A stretch of 63,990 nt of DNA, filler included, from Catajapyx aquilonaris (lineage: Eukaryota): assembly GCA_000934665.2 (NCBI GenBank). It is 3 parts of 3 records of this genome, joined end to end, with 100 filler letters (N's around TTAATTAATTAA, not from the genome) between each part and the next. Parts side by side here need not be neighbours in the genome. Positions count along the whole stretch, not along the records: positions 21,760 to 43,304 come from JYFJ02006023.1; 2 more parts are not named here. One strand, written 5' to 3'. The position numbers and the translations under genes are program-made. The notes beneath the pieces are model-generated. The model was given only the letters and a program-made list of their open reading frames with translations, made no database searches and was not told the origin of the DNA. This document shows positions 23,595 to 35,868 of this stretch, one piece after another (position 1 is the stretch's first letter; every line of letters starts with the position of its first letter).

Positions 23595-26500
23595 CCTGAA
23601 TATAGGTCTCTTGAGGAACAGCTCTCCAAGGATGCACCCACAGCTCCAGACATCAATAGCAGGGCCATACCTCTCCTCCCCAAGAAGAAGTTCAGGGGGC
23701 CTGTATGGCAATGTGATCACTTTGTTCGAGTACGGTCTCTGTTTGTCTCTGGCATTGTACAGGCGAGCAAGTCCAAAGTCGGCTATCTTGATTTGACCCC
23801 TATTGTTCATTAAAATGTTGCTACATTTGATGTCACGATGGAGGAAGTTCTTCTTGTGGCAGTAGTTGAGTCCATCTAGGAGTTGCTTCATGATACTGGC
23901 ATTATGGTGCTCCTTGAAGTCCACCATCCCTGATTCCAAAAGGCCCATCAGATCATGGTCCATATACTCAAAAACCAGGTAGAATGAACCTTTGTCCTGT
24001 AAAAAAAAAGGCATGTTGTCAGTTGGATATTCCATGCCGGTATGAAAATTACTCAAAATAGGCATTGGGCCTACCTTTCGGAAATCAAGAGCATCTTGCT
24101 TGTCAGTGACAATCTCCTTCAGGTTAACAATGTTCTTGTGATTCAGTTGGCGAAGGATCTTGATCTCACGCACAGCCGTTATAGGAAAGCCTTCCTTCTC
24201 ATTCTCTAAGCGCACCTTCTTCAGTGCTACAAACTCACCTGTTTTTAGAAGGCATACAGGAAAAATTACATCAATAAAATATCGCACTGAAAGTAAAACC
24301 GAGTGTGATGTATAGAGCAGTTAAAGCCAACTTGGTTTCCAAGTCAGCTGATCTAAATGCACAATGATTTTCTCCCTTCCCATGGATTGCAGTCCTTTAA
24401 AAGTCAAATTTGTCTCAAATATTTATAATTGTAATGCAATACGGTATTATCAAAATCCTAATGACAAAGACATTCAATCCAATACCATTAATGGTGACAA
24501 TATTGATCATTTTATTTCCTCTCTGAATAGGAACTCTCAAATGTGGAGTAACATTGTCACGTTTCTGTAAGTTTCACAACAGTCATTCACGACTTACTGG
24601 TCTCTCTGTCCTTGGCCTTGTAAACCTGCCCATAGGTCCCTTCACCAATCTGTGTGATGACCGCAAAGGCATCAACACATCTCTCTCCCCAATCTCTGTC
24701 ATCCATGGTCCTCAGGTCAGTCGCCTTCTTCACCAGGATTTTCTGTCTCCTACGGTGTGGCTTGGGGGTGCGCATCTTACCCTGGGAAGAGTGAGATGAT
24801 GGCAGCAGACCACCTCCGCCACTCTCCAAGGCCACTCCAAGGCCATTCTCCAAGTCAGCTTGGTTCATCCTGGGTGGCATTGGGAGGCAAACACTCAGGC
24901 AGGACTTGGGTAGCATTGGGAGATAGCGGGTGAGGCTCTTGATACTGATAGATGCTGCATTTACCTTTGTGGAGGCTGGGGTGATCACAGTTGGGGCAGG
25001 TGGAGTAGGTTCAGGTGGAAGCGATGGAGATGGGGGTGGTGGAGTGGTTGGGATGCAGCCTGAGTCATCCTTTGATTCCTCCGCTGACACCACGCCCATC
25101 TTAACATCCTGGGTGTCCACATCGCCGGCCATTCTGTAGTACATTGTTCAATGTGAGCAATATTGAAGATTCACATGCAATGTACTCTACTCGTGATTTT
25201 GTGTGTTTTTTTAAATATTTAATATCACTGAGAAAAGTTCAGGCTTTTCACTTTTCATTAAAATTAATTACAGAATCAGTGTCTACTTCAGCACTCTTAC
25301 AATATTGTAATAGTAGAATGCCCAAAAGAGTTTCACTATTGCACGTAGGTCTGTTACTTGAAGAATCCCTGCTTAATACATATTTGTAACAATCCTTGCA
25401 CTCATTTAAATCACCATAAACCCTATCATTTCATCATGCTACTGCAGTATACGGGGTGTTCCAAGTATTTAGGTCCTTGCAGTTATCAGAGCTGTTAGCT
25501 CTGTGCAGCTTTTTGTGCCTGAACCAGAGGTGTCCAATTATTCCCAGGTATACTTGTCAAATATAGCAGATGGTGATATTGGATGTAGTTTATCGTCTGG
25601 AGTCCTCAACAAAAAGTCACTCCTAAAATACAGCTTCAGGCCAAAGTTCCAATACTTGGAACACCCTGTATAGTAGTGGTGTATGCAGAGTGCCAAAAGC
25701 ATAACCTCTGGACCATTTATGAAAATATTGCAAGCACAATGAATTTATTGCTGATGACCTGAGACAATACTCTCGCAAAACTGCAACCAGTGTAGTGTTG
25801 GGCCCCAAAATATGACATTAACTGCCCCAAGACTGATTTTTCCAGAGGAAACTTTCGAAATACAATAATTGTGCACATTACATGCCATGCCAAGGATCAT
25901 GCTAAAACACAATCATTGCGCTCACAAGCCCAAGCCCCCAACACGTTAATTTGACCCTAATCAAACTACACCTCACCTCCTCTCCTTATTGTCAGTCAAC
26001 TCCTCAGTGGCAGTGACTGCCGGCTTTTCTTTATTGGGGAGTGGAATGTCCTGGAGGTTGGGTAGCGTGAATGTTACCACATCAGCTTTTTCAGTACCGG
26101 TAGGCACTGCTAGTGTCACCTCCTTGACTTCACCAGCCTTTGACTCACCAACAATGATGCAGTCATTGTCTGGGGTGCTCTCCCTCCTATCACACAGAAA
26201 AATGCTTGTGAAATCATGACTACAACCTGTGCATTGCATAAAACATAATTATTTAATTTTATAATACACTGTACTCCCGATTATCCGGGTGCGGATTATC
26301 CGTGCGTGACTAAGGGCTGCAAAATGAACGCCCGCCTGCAAGTACTTGCAGTAAACAAGTTACCTGCGTTTCGTCGCCATGGTTACGGCGCGAGCTAAAA
26401 AGAACACCGTTTTCGTGCGGCTGCAAATGTTGCGGTCGGGCTGCAAGTTGGCAGGTTTGGAAATACGGAAATCGACGGGAGGGAAGCCATATCATGACGT

Positions 26501-29500
26501 CACGATTGTTGTACCCATTGTTATAGTACCTAGAATAAACTAGTATGCCGATCGGGTATCCCTCCAACGGAAAAGCTCAGCCTCCCAAAAATTCGAACGC
26601 CGCACCGCCAGGCGGCACTGCTGTCGACAGATGTTCACCTCCCCTGCCTGCCGCTTATACGGCGGGCTGCATGGACGCGGGTAGTTTTATGCCTACAATT
26701 GCGGTTAATTGTGCTCGAATAATTATCATTATTTTTTGCGGTAGACTTTAAACCATAACTAACTACAGTTCGGTGCAGGTCCATCGTCTCGGGGAACATG
26801 CTGGAGTGAGAGAGAAGCTTTAAATGTGGCTATCTGAACCTGCAGCACAGAAATTAATAATCTCTGCAGCATTCTTCATATAGAGATCTTTCAGCTTTGA
26901 ATATGGGCCGGGGCCCTCCACCCCACCTTGACTGGATGTAAGCATTATAGGCATAGGTGTTCAGTGTAACACCACCACCACCACCACCATCATCATACAT
27001 TCATATATCTTTCATATAGGATATCACAGAATATTATGGTCCAGAGCCGCCCGCCATCCAATGACAGCCCAATAATGTACATGGTCATCACAATTTTTCA
27101 GCGTCATCCATTGCCAGTCGTCCAGTCAAAAATAAAGCACAATATTTTGATAAAATTTGGTCGCACCAAGTTATAACAATATGGGATTATTCAGACCCGG
27201 GCCGCGAGTTTTAACGCGGCTATTTTGGCAGACGGTATATTTAGAGGTAGCTATAATAACAGATAGGAACAAGCTCCAAACTTTCTTGCCTGACATTTGG
27301 TGCGAAACTGCATTGTGATATCAATTATTCCATAGTAGTTATATTGGTTACATCACACATACTAGTTATAACCAATATTACTGTCATACTACCATAGTTA
27401 CATCAGTTATATTAGTTATAACTAATATAACTGTCATAGTTGGTCATACTACTGTTGTTGTAATGGTTATACCAGACATACTGGTTACATTCGTTACATC
27501 ATACAAGTTATAACCAATGGGCGTAACATATAACTACCATAATAATAACCATATAACCAATATAACTCACCGTCAGTTATATTGTCATACTAGTTACTTG
27601 GTTATACAGGGTGGTCGAAATTCGTGGGTCAGTTTTTATAACTGATATCGCCCGATAGTAGTTATTTATGTGGCTTGTTGTGCTACATTTTACTCCCAGG
27701 GGGTCGAGTATAGCAGTTGCTATAGAATGGGGCACCTGGTTAGGGGCGCAACAAGCTACAAATAATAACTAGTATCTGGCGATATCAGTTATAAAAACGA
27801 CCCACGAATTTCGAACAGCCTGTGTATCCATCATACTGGCTATAACCAATATGGCAATCATACTAGCTATATTGGTTATATCAGCCATACTATTACATTA
27901 CATTAGTTATACAGGGTGTTGCAAGTTCGTGGGTCAGTTTTCATATCACCAAATTTGGTATACCGTCGTAATAGAGGTACCCCCCGACGAACAAACTGCG
28001 TGGGGCGTTCGAAGACACTTCCGTGGTCGCTCAGAACTCTCCCGCCGAAAATGTACCCGGACCAAAAGTGATCAGTATCGTGTCCAAGTGAAGATTTCCC
28101 CACTACAAAACCGACTGCAAGTCACTTGCGGGACCCCTCAACCTGCCTGCAACTTGTGGCTGCAAGTCTGCAATCTGCAGGGCGACTTGCAACCTGCAAG
28201 GGTGTTCGTTTTCGCTCCCTTCCGCAAACCGCAGGTAACCAAGGTAACGTAAACACTTTGGCGGCTGCAACTTTCCAGGCGGGCGTTCATTTTGCAGCCC
28301 TAAAACGAGTAAAAGTCTGGGAAAATGTCAATTTTTCTTGAAAACAAATAAATATATCCGACTTTTTCTATAGTACAAACTAAAAATCTACGTAAAATTT
28401 TCTAATTTTGACTAAATCTGATTTAAAGCAGAATGAGCAGAATACAATATGTAGTCATTCATTAAAAACCTGTGAAAAGCTCAGTTTACGGTATTTAGGA
28501 CCCTTTCCGGATTATTATCCGTGTGTTCAGATTACTGATTATCCGGCGACATTCATGCAGCCATTAGCCCGGATAATCGGGAGTACAGTGCGTGTCCCCC
28601 AACTGATTACTTTTCTGCAAAGACATTCACATCATTCACAAGATAATGGTCAAGCTACCGAAGCAGTTTGGTGGAGTGGCTATACCGACTGCTAATCGGA
28701 AGGTCCTGGGTTCGAGCCCCGGGACCGGCAACTCTAACCGTGGTTTTCTATGGTTTCCCACGGTCCCTCCAGGAGAATTCCGGAGTTGTTTCCTAAATTA
28801 ATAGGCCGCAGCCGCCTCCTTCCTTTCCTATCCTCTCCCAAAAAGCAAAGTAAAAATGTACGCAAGAGTTCCAGAAAAAACTAAAATCCCCCCCTAAAGA
28901 GCCAAAAATGGCTGATAACGGGGTAAGATATTATATATTATAAACGGGGCGACACGGTGGCCGAGCGGTTAGCGCCGCAACCTTCCACCTCTAAGGTCCC
29001 GAGTTCGATCCCCGGGTCGGACGGGGGATACCTATGTGGATGGGTTCTCTCCGTGTTCGCGTGGGTTTTCTCGGGGTTCTCCCGTTTCCTCCCACTATCA
29101 AAATCCATCACATTACAGGCAAATGATTAAAGTCGGATATTTAAAAGATGATCCCCTAAGAGGCCCAAGGGGCCTATCACGGGGTATCCATTATTTTCAT
29201 TATTATTATATTATATTATATTATATTATATTATATTATTATTATAATGGTCAAGCTTCCCTCTGTGACCGTACCGGTTTTTACTATGTCTAAACGTCCT
29301 ACTGTTCAATGCTGTCTGCTGCAGCCTTGCATCACCTTTATATCAGTGCACATTTTGACTACCCCATTCGTTTCACTCCATACTTTCTGCCAGCATATTG
29401 TCACGTGTTTTTCCCTTTTGCTTCCACCCACAATGCATTGTACTCTGCTATATAAGGGACTGAATTGTTTCACTCCAGGCCTTTTCCCCGGGACAATATC

Positions 29501-30900
29501 CCGGGGGACTGGTCGTGCCCCACCCCACCTTGATATCCTTTTTTCCTTTCTCTAAATGTTTGTAAGATAACACATTAAAGAGGATGACAGAACTGAACCC
29601 ACTGACTATTTACTGTGTGTACCTAACCGCTCGGGTCACACCTCTATATACTCATACTTTATAGGTCTGTTTCGACTGCACGTAAGTAACTCTGATCTCA
29701 AAAAGGCATCATTATAGGATTGAAACAGGAGTAAGAATCAATACCAATACTAGGTCCTGACTTGATCTTGTAACAAGATATTGACATCATTTCAGAGGTT
29801 CGACCATGTCATTTGGAGAGATGGATGAGAATATTCCTAATTATTTTTAAAAAACTAAAACTTATCAGTTGTTACATTGTCCACATGAAAATAGCTTACT
29901 TGTCTTTGAGCATGGCCAACTTCTCCCTATTCTTCCTTGCCTTGACCAGCTCTGCAAAGAAGCTGGTATGGTTCATATTCGCTTCTGCAACCAGCTGCCT
30001 GGCAGATGGAGTTTTCCCCGAGCCAGATGGGTTGCGGGGTGGACTTCTGGTCATGTCCCTCTCGTTCCTCCCACCACTTTTGGAATGATTGGTGTCTCTG
30101 CTGCTGCTGCGAGACCTCCGTGACCTAGGCCGTGGGGATGGACATCTGGAGTACCTCCTCTTGGGTGACCTTGAGTAGGATCGCTTACGAGGAGACCTCG
30201 AGTGTGGCCGGAAATACTCGCGCGAACTGCTCCGGCTTCGCCTACACGGCTTCTCTCTGCTGATCTCACGTCGTCGTTTCACATGTGGCGGGCTGATCGG
30301 TCTCGAAGCTGGCGGTGACGTTACCCGTTTCCGGTCCATTGGCAGGCGCTCATACGCTTTTGGGGGTAGTGGTGGGGTGTGTGGTGAGGCTGCTGACCTA
30401 AAGTGGCGGTGGTGCCTTGATGGTGACGGCGGAGAATCCGAAGGCCTCCGGTAAGGACTGACCTCGCCCTCACTCATACTGCTCATACGAAGTGACGTGC
30501 TCTCGTCAGTCTGTGTATAACCGCCTTCCGCTTCTGAAAATGCATCTGAACTCACATCTGAGTCCACCAGGGGTTTAACAGGCATGGCATTGTTGGAGGG
30601 GCGGTCATCATCCCGCCCACCACCCTGGGAATGCCCCTGATGCCGCGTGCGCAGTCGCTTTGATCGTTTCCTATGCTTGGAGTGCCTGGTGTCACCGTCA
30701 GAGTCAGAGTTGGAGGAAATGGTTGCAGCAGTTATGGACGAGGCCAGGCGCTGCCGCTGCATTTGCTGCCGATGCAGTCTCGGAATGTCGTCCTCGTTCA
30801 AGCATCCGCCGGACTCCACTGAGTGTACAGGACTCACAGAGAGGTAGCTGACATGACGGTCTGAGGAGTGGTTGTCAGCAGACTTCCTCACCCCATCCAT
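23595..30900 (-). CDS. Cdk12: Cyclin-dependent kinase 12/13-like (RNA Pol II CTD kinase); 3' exons missing from this contig
   Basis: Exons 30900-29900 (RS-rich, FAELVK), 26186-25977, 25133-24598 (Pro-rich; [21 protein letters not shown]), 24238-24075 ([25 protein letters not shown]), 23996-23595 ([26 protein letters not shown]), all GT-AG and phase-compatible (2,2,1,0). An acceptor at 30918 implies an upstream UTR exon. Confidence 0.92.
25452..25668. mobile_element. Tc1/mariner-type MITE in Cdk12 intron
   Basis: TA|cggggtgttccaagtatt ... aatacttggaacaccctg|TA. Confidence 0.8.
26515..27170. mobile_element. Second copy of the P-like family seen at 5636-8192
   Basis: 26515-26785 matches the reverse complement of ~7930-8190; 27045-27165 matches the reverse complement of ~5975-6090. 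Confidence 0.75.
27607..27822. mobile_element. Tc1/mariner-type foldback MITE
   Basis: cagggtggtcgaaattcgtgggtc..tataactgatatcgcc / ggcgatatcagttata..gacccacgaatttcgaacagcctg. A related partial end starts at ~27912. Confidence 0.8.
28657..28945 (+). mobile_element. tRNA-derived SINE (resembles Lm1/Talua-like insect SINEs)
   Basis: A-box-like tggtggagtgg, B box ggttcgagccc, then ggttttctatggtttccc...ccagg...ttccgg...aggccgcagccgcctccttcc body. Confidence 0.7.
28946..29243 (+). mobile_element. tRNA-derived SINE with V-domain-like core and (TATTA)n tail
   Basis: A box tggccgagcggt, B box gagttcgatcc, core tgtgga..gttctctccgtgttcgcgtgggttttctcggggttctcccgtttcctcccac matching the V-SINE conserved domain as I recall it. 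Confidence 0.8.
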
Positions 30901-31774
30901 ACTGGATGGCAATGCACCTGGAAAAATAACAACCCAAATCACATAAAACACATCATGTAACAAGTGCACACAGCGCCAACAATGCAAAACTTTAGCTTTA
31001 ACCACTTTTAACTCTCTCAACTAAAAATCAAGAGCAAAAGCACAACACCCCCTCCAAACATGGTTACACAAACACTTGGAAAACAAATGTGCAGCAATAT
31101 GTCAGTCATACAAAGAAAATAATGGGATACGTGTAACAAATTATATCGTGTGGAGGTCCTGTTAGACCTAACTAATTATTGATATTGTACATTCAACTCT
31201 ACACAGTGGCATCAAACAAGGATACATAGGAAATATGGGAGTTATCCTGGTTATGCATCATTTTCAACAATCTAATAAAGAGGGTTGCAGTAAGTTACTA
31301 TAACAATGGGTAAACTTCTGCTGCAATCATGAACATTGAACAGCTCGGAACTTTACTCCCAAAAAAACATCTGGAAACTCTGGTCAGAAAGCACCTTTCA
31401 CAAGTGGCGCACCAGTGGGCACAGCCTAGCAGCTTGGTAAAATACTTTCTTGTTGATTTGTGTTGTCCAGGTGGCTTTCCTTATAAGTCCACATTTTGCT
31501 TGTGATGGGATACTGGTTATCCCTTTGTTGTAAGTGGTCATACTTGCCAGTTACCACTTGCACAGATTGGTTACGGGCAGTTACACTTTACATTAAGACC
31601 GTCATGCACATACATAATGTGCAGCATTCACCACTCATGTCGAATCACAGTGCACCTATTGCATGATTGCACATCGGGCAAAACTGCCATACCCAATATC
31701 AAGTGGCTGATTTTTTTTGTGTGTATTGACTGGTTTGTGGTGCAACAGTGGTGTAACTGAATTGCGCTAATATA

Positions 31775-32326
31775 CCAGGGGCGTTTGATAAGTAGTGAGC
31801 CTACTTGTGAAGGAGTCCCAATCGAATGGCACTTTAACACAATTTCTCTACGTATATCGTAGCCTCCTGGAATATGATGTACTCCTCCCAAACAGTGGTC
31901 CAGTTTTGCATCCCTTCTCCCAAAAAAATATGTCTTGGTTATCGCACCATTCACGGGCACTGTCCATGACAGCATCGTCGTTACTGTTGAAACGCTGTTC
32001 TTTCAGGTGTCATTTGAGTGTTGGGAACAGGTGATTGTCAGATTGTGACAAATCGGTGGGTGGCACCATCCGACTATCACCTGTTCATAACATTAAAACC
32101 ACACCTGGAAGAACAGTGTTAGTGATGATGGCGTCAGGGACAGTGTCCGTGAATGGTGAATGGTGTGATGACCAAGATTTTTTTTTTTTTTTTTGCAAAT
32201 GGATGAAAAGCTGGACCACTGTTTGGGAGGAGTACATCATATACTCCCGGAGAAGTGTTAAAGTGCCAATCGCCTGATGGGACAATTCCTTCACAGGTAG
32301 GCTCACTACTTATCAAACGCCCCTCG
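31775..32326. mobile_element. mariner-type MITE
   Basis: TA|ccaggggcgtttgataagtagtgagcctac ... gtaggctcactacttatcaaacgcccctcg|TA, with long diverged arms. Confidence 0.85.
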
Positions 32327-32835
32327 TAGTTACATTATAAGAAATCAATGAAATTGGGGGCTGGAAGTTGCTGGACAATAATAAGTTATGTGCCACGTGT
32401 TTCATAATAGAGCTCGCACCCATCCCACTGGAAATGACCTGGATGTTACTGATATTCATGTTAGTTATCCTAAGCCAAAGTCGCAAATATAAGACGGTCA
32501 GTAGAATCAAAGGTGCGCACCCCACGCACAACACAGGTCTCTCCCTTCCACCTCCCTGCTCAGGTAGGGTGCTGACATGGCTACGAGCTAATCCCAAAAC
32601 ACTAAAAACCTGTTTCACTATCAGAGTCACTCTTACCGAAAAACACAGTAACTGCTGTACTGCACTGAGACTAAGCAAAAATCCCACAATCAACACGAGT
32701 CCATTTTGTAGACATTATTTATATCGTGTGCAGCAACCCTTTCCAAGACTAGCCATGGCGGAAACCACTTCTACGGCAACCTTGGCATAGTGCATGGTTA
32801 TTGAAGACTCAGGTTAGGTCACTCCCCACCCACCC

Positions 32836-33126
32836 CCTGCCGAGGGATTACGCACCGGGTGCTCACTTGAGACCGCCACGAGACATTTCCCAGAGCAATC
32901 ATGTGGCGACCCTACCGGACTAAGGCTGAACTTTATACGTACGAAGGGGAGGGCTACATGCTGGCCCAACATGGCCGCCGGCGGCCATGTTGGGCCCCCC
33001 AATGTAGCCCTCCCCTTTCGTACCTGTAAAGTTCAGCCTTAGTCCGATAGGGTCGCCACATAAATGCTCTGGGAAATGTCTCGTGGCGTTCTCAAGTGAG
33101 CACCCGGTGCGTAATCCCTCGGCAGG
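32836..33126. repeat. ~290-bp GC-rich foldback with no spacer
   Basis: Centre caacatggccgcc|ggcggccatgttg at ~32980; arms pair out to cctgccgagggattacgcaccgggtgctcacttgag / ctcaagtgagcacccggtgcgtaatccctcggcagg. Confidence 0.9.
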
Positions 33127-34970
33127 TGATAAGCCCAGAAGATAGGGGTAGTGTCCGTGGGCTGGCATAGTGTAAAGAGTAAAACCCCTTACCCTATCCT
33201 GATATTCCACTAACCGCCGTACAGACCATCCAAAGCTTCCTAGCATGCATTGTGAGAGAGGGACCAAGTGTGCAAGGAGAGTGGTTGGAGGTGAAATTCG
33301 GGAGAACGTGCTACGTGAACAATTACGACGTGTAGTTACGTGAACTGTTACGAAGAAGTGTTACGGGTGAAGTGTTACGAAGGCGCATACAACGCAGTCC
33401 TGCCTTGGGTGATGAGTACCTGTTCTTGTCCGTCACCTTACAACGCAGTCCTGCACGTGTTCAACGTTGTCCTGCCCGTACAACGCAGCCAGCTGTCACA
33501 GGACAAGGAGGATGGGTATGGTCTTTGAGGGCTCTTCGGGTTGGAGGCCCTGTTTGCGCCGCGGAAGAACTTTCGTGGTTCACTTGTAGTAAACAGCATG
33601 CATTGTTTCCTTGCAATACATCTCATCACATTGATCATTATCACAAGCATCGTCTCCTAATAGTTAACAGTGCAATTACCCTCTTGCCTAACCATAGTAC
33701 ACGGACAGCATCTCTTGGTCTGGAAAAATATGAACATGGATCTTCCCGCCCTTTCCATAACACACAGAGAGATAGATGAATAACTCGACACCTCCGATCT
33801 CAACTCATTATCATCAAATAGCCTAGATTCCCTTTCCCTTGTAACTCCATCAAATGGATACAAAATCAAATCCGGGGATTTGTACCCGGCACCGTGATCA
33901 GCATGTAACGCTGACGTACTTCTCTGCTCACAAGTCCTGTCGCACTAACAACACTACAGTGCCCAACTGCCAGCTGATCCGAATGGCATCTCACATCCAG
34001 ATCGTGAATCACCTGCATCCACTCGTCTTTCCTCCTTCTCCTGGGAAGGTAGGCTGAACAGTCCAGAACAGGTACTTGGCTGGTCACTCCTCATCGTCCT
34101 CTCACGTACAACATGCACCGGTGGCATTCCTCCGTGTCAAGCGACGTGTTCCAAGGGGATGTATGTGACACGGGGTGCACAGGTCGGTGGTCCAACAGTC
34201 CACCATGTGCCAGAGGTTCGCTTCCTCAACATGCTGGTCACCCCGTCCCAATGTTCGTACTATATCACGAATGGGCAGCTGCAGTGGTCCATCTCCCGAC
34301 ATCTAACCATGTCGCAGAATAATCTAGGAGTCGTGGAAAAAGGATGAAGGACAGCCCAGGAAAACTAGGGCTTCCCAGCATGAACAGGAGAAGGGAAGAG
34401 GGATGAATCGGATGAAGCACCTGTTTGGAAGGTGGGCCCATCCGGAGCCTCCCCATCTTGCTCCCCATCCATCGCAGGCATCGCCTCGGCCCCTTATCGT
34501 GTGTGTGTGTGTGTGTGTGGGTGTGTGGGAGGGAGGGAGGGGGGGGACGCCCCTATCGCCCTGACAATGCAAACTCCCCAGCAAAAGGAAGCCGAAAATG
34601 TATGTAATCAGAATCAAAAAAACACTCACCTTCATGCACACCATTCGATTCCTGGCTACTGGTCGGCTTGGGGCTTGGATGGTTATTCATTCCACTGATT
34701 CCAGACCCTCAGACACTTATCCGGAGACAAAAATAATTAATCGAGTCCGAAATCCTCGGAACAAGTTTCGTGTTCTTATGTCCTCCAAAAATCGAGGTAC
34801 GATCCGTCCGGTATCTTAAAAACTCAGCAAGGTGATCGGCTCAATTTAGAAGACAAGACACTGCGTCCAGATGGCCCTCCGAGAGACCAGATTTAATCGG
34901 ATTTTGTTATATCCAGATCGGGAAGAATCCACGATGCTGTGCATCATCCCAGGGGCAGCCATGTTGCCAG

Positions 34971-35510
34971 CAGCGTTGCCAACCTGACCCATAGCAGATA
35001 CAGTACCAATAGAGTCAAAATTGCCGCATTTCGGAAAAAGTACTGTACATTTTAAACGATGGCATTTTGTGAATGAAACGTTATGGGAAAATATTAGATA
35101 CACCGGAATATGTCTTAAGGAATTTTCAGAACCGCGGAAAATGCACGTGCAACCAGCTGCAAAATGTAAAACGATCAAAGGGAGGAAAAGCAGGCCGCAG
35201 GCGAAATTTTTTGGGTTCAAGGTCACACAAGCTTAGGTGAATGTAACTGACAGAGTAGAGTGGAATTATCCTATACTGTAAGCACGTGTGATATTATTAT
35301 TATCATCATTGTTATCACCATCATCATCATCATCATCATCATCATCACCATTTATCATTATTATTATTATATTTTGAGTACACAAAAAAGGGATTTTACC
35401 ATATCCGCCCGTACATCGGTACATGTCATTACCATTACGCATTACCTACACCGTACAAAGAAGTAAATTACCGTATGCCCCCACAATTTCCGTACAGGTT
35501 GGCAACGCTG
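34971..35510. mobile_element. MITE with 8-bp TSD (hAT or P type)
   Basis: TIR cagcgttgccaacctg / caggttggcaacgctg; perfect TSD gttgccag at 34963-34970 and 35511-35518; internal (ATC)n. Confidence 0.88.
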
Positions 35511-35868
35511 GTTGCCAGTTGGGTGGTGAGGAGGGGGAAGGGGGGAGAGTGGTAGCGTGTTGCAGCTACTTCTCACAGTGGCCGTACGGCGCTACATGCT
35601 TGTACTGTACAGTACCGTATACAACACCACACAAGTCCAAATGATGCGATGGCTAGGCATACTCACGGTTGTTAGAGTATACTAGAGCATACTAGAGCAT
35701 ACTAGAGGGAGAGAGAGAGAGAGAGAATGCTCATCATCATTCTGCTTGGTGATTACTTGTAATCGGGCTTCGTCAGCACCTTCAACATTGTGGATCTGCA
35801 GCTGGTTCACCGTAATGATATCCTCGCTCTTCATATAAGTCAAGCGCGTAGGCTTCCTCATGTAGCCC

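Larger units (their letters stand above)
26313..28301. mobile_element. Non-autonomous TIR element (second layer)
   Basis: TIR agggctgcaaaatgaacgcccgcctg / caggcgggcgttcattttgcagccct, with ctgcaa subterminal repeats. Confidence 0.8.
26267..28590. mobile_element. pogo/Tigger-like MITE (outer layer of a nest)
   Basis: TIR cactgtactcccgattatccggg / cccggataatcgggagtacagtg, with internal attatccg repeats. Confidence 0.75.

Noticed and set aside
28946..29025. tRNA gene
   Set aside because: It has A and B boxes but no clean acceptor stem, and it runs into a SINE core and AT-rich tail. The same applies to 28657-28730.
33130..34900. Possible LTR or internal region with tacaacgcagtcctgc repeats and (GT)n
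   Set aside because: No identifiable protein motif or termini; left unassigned.
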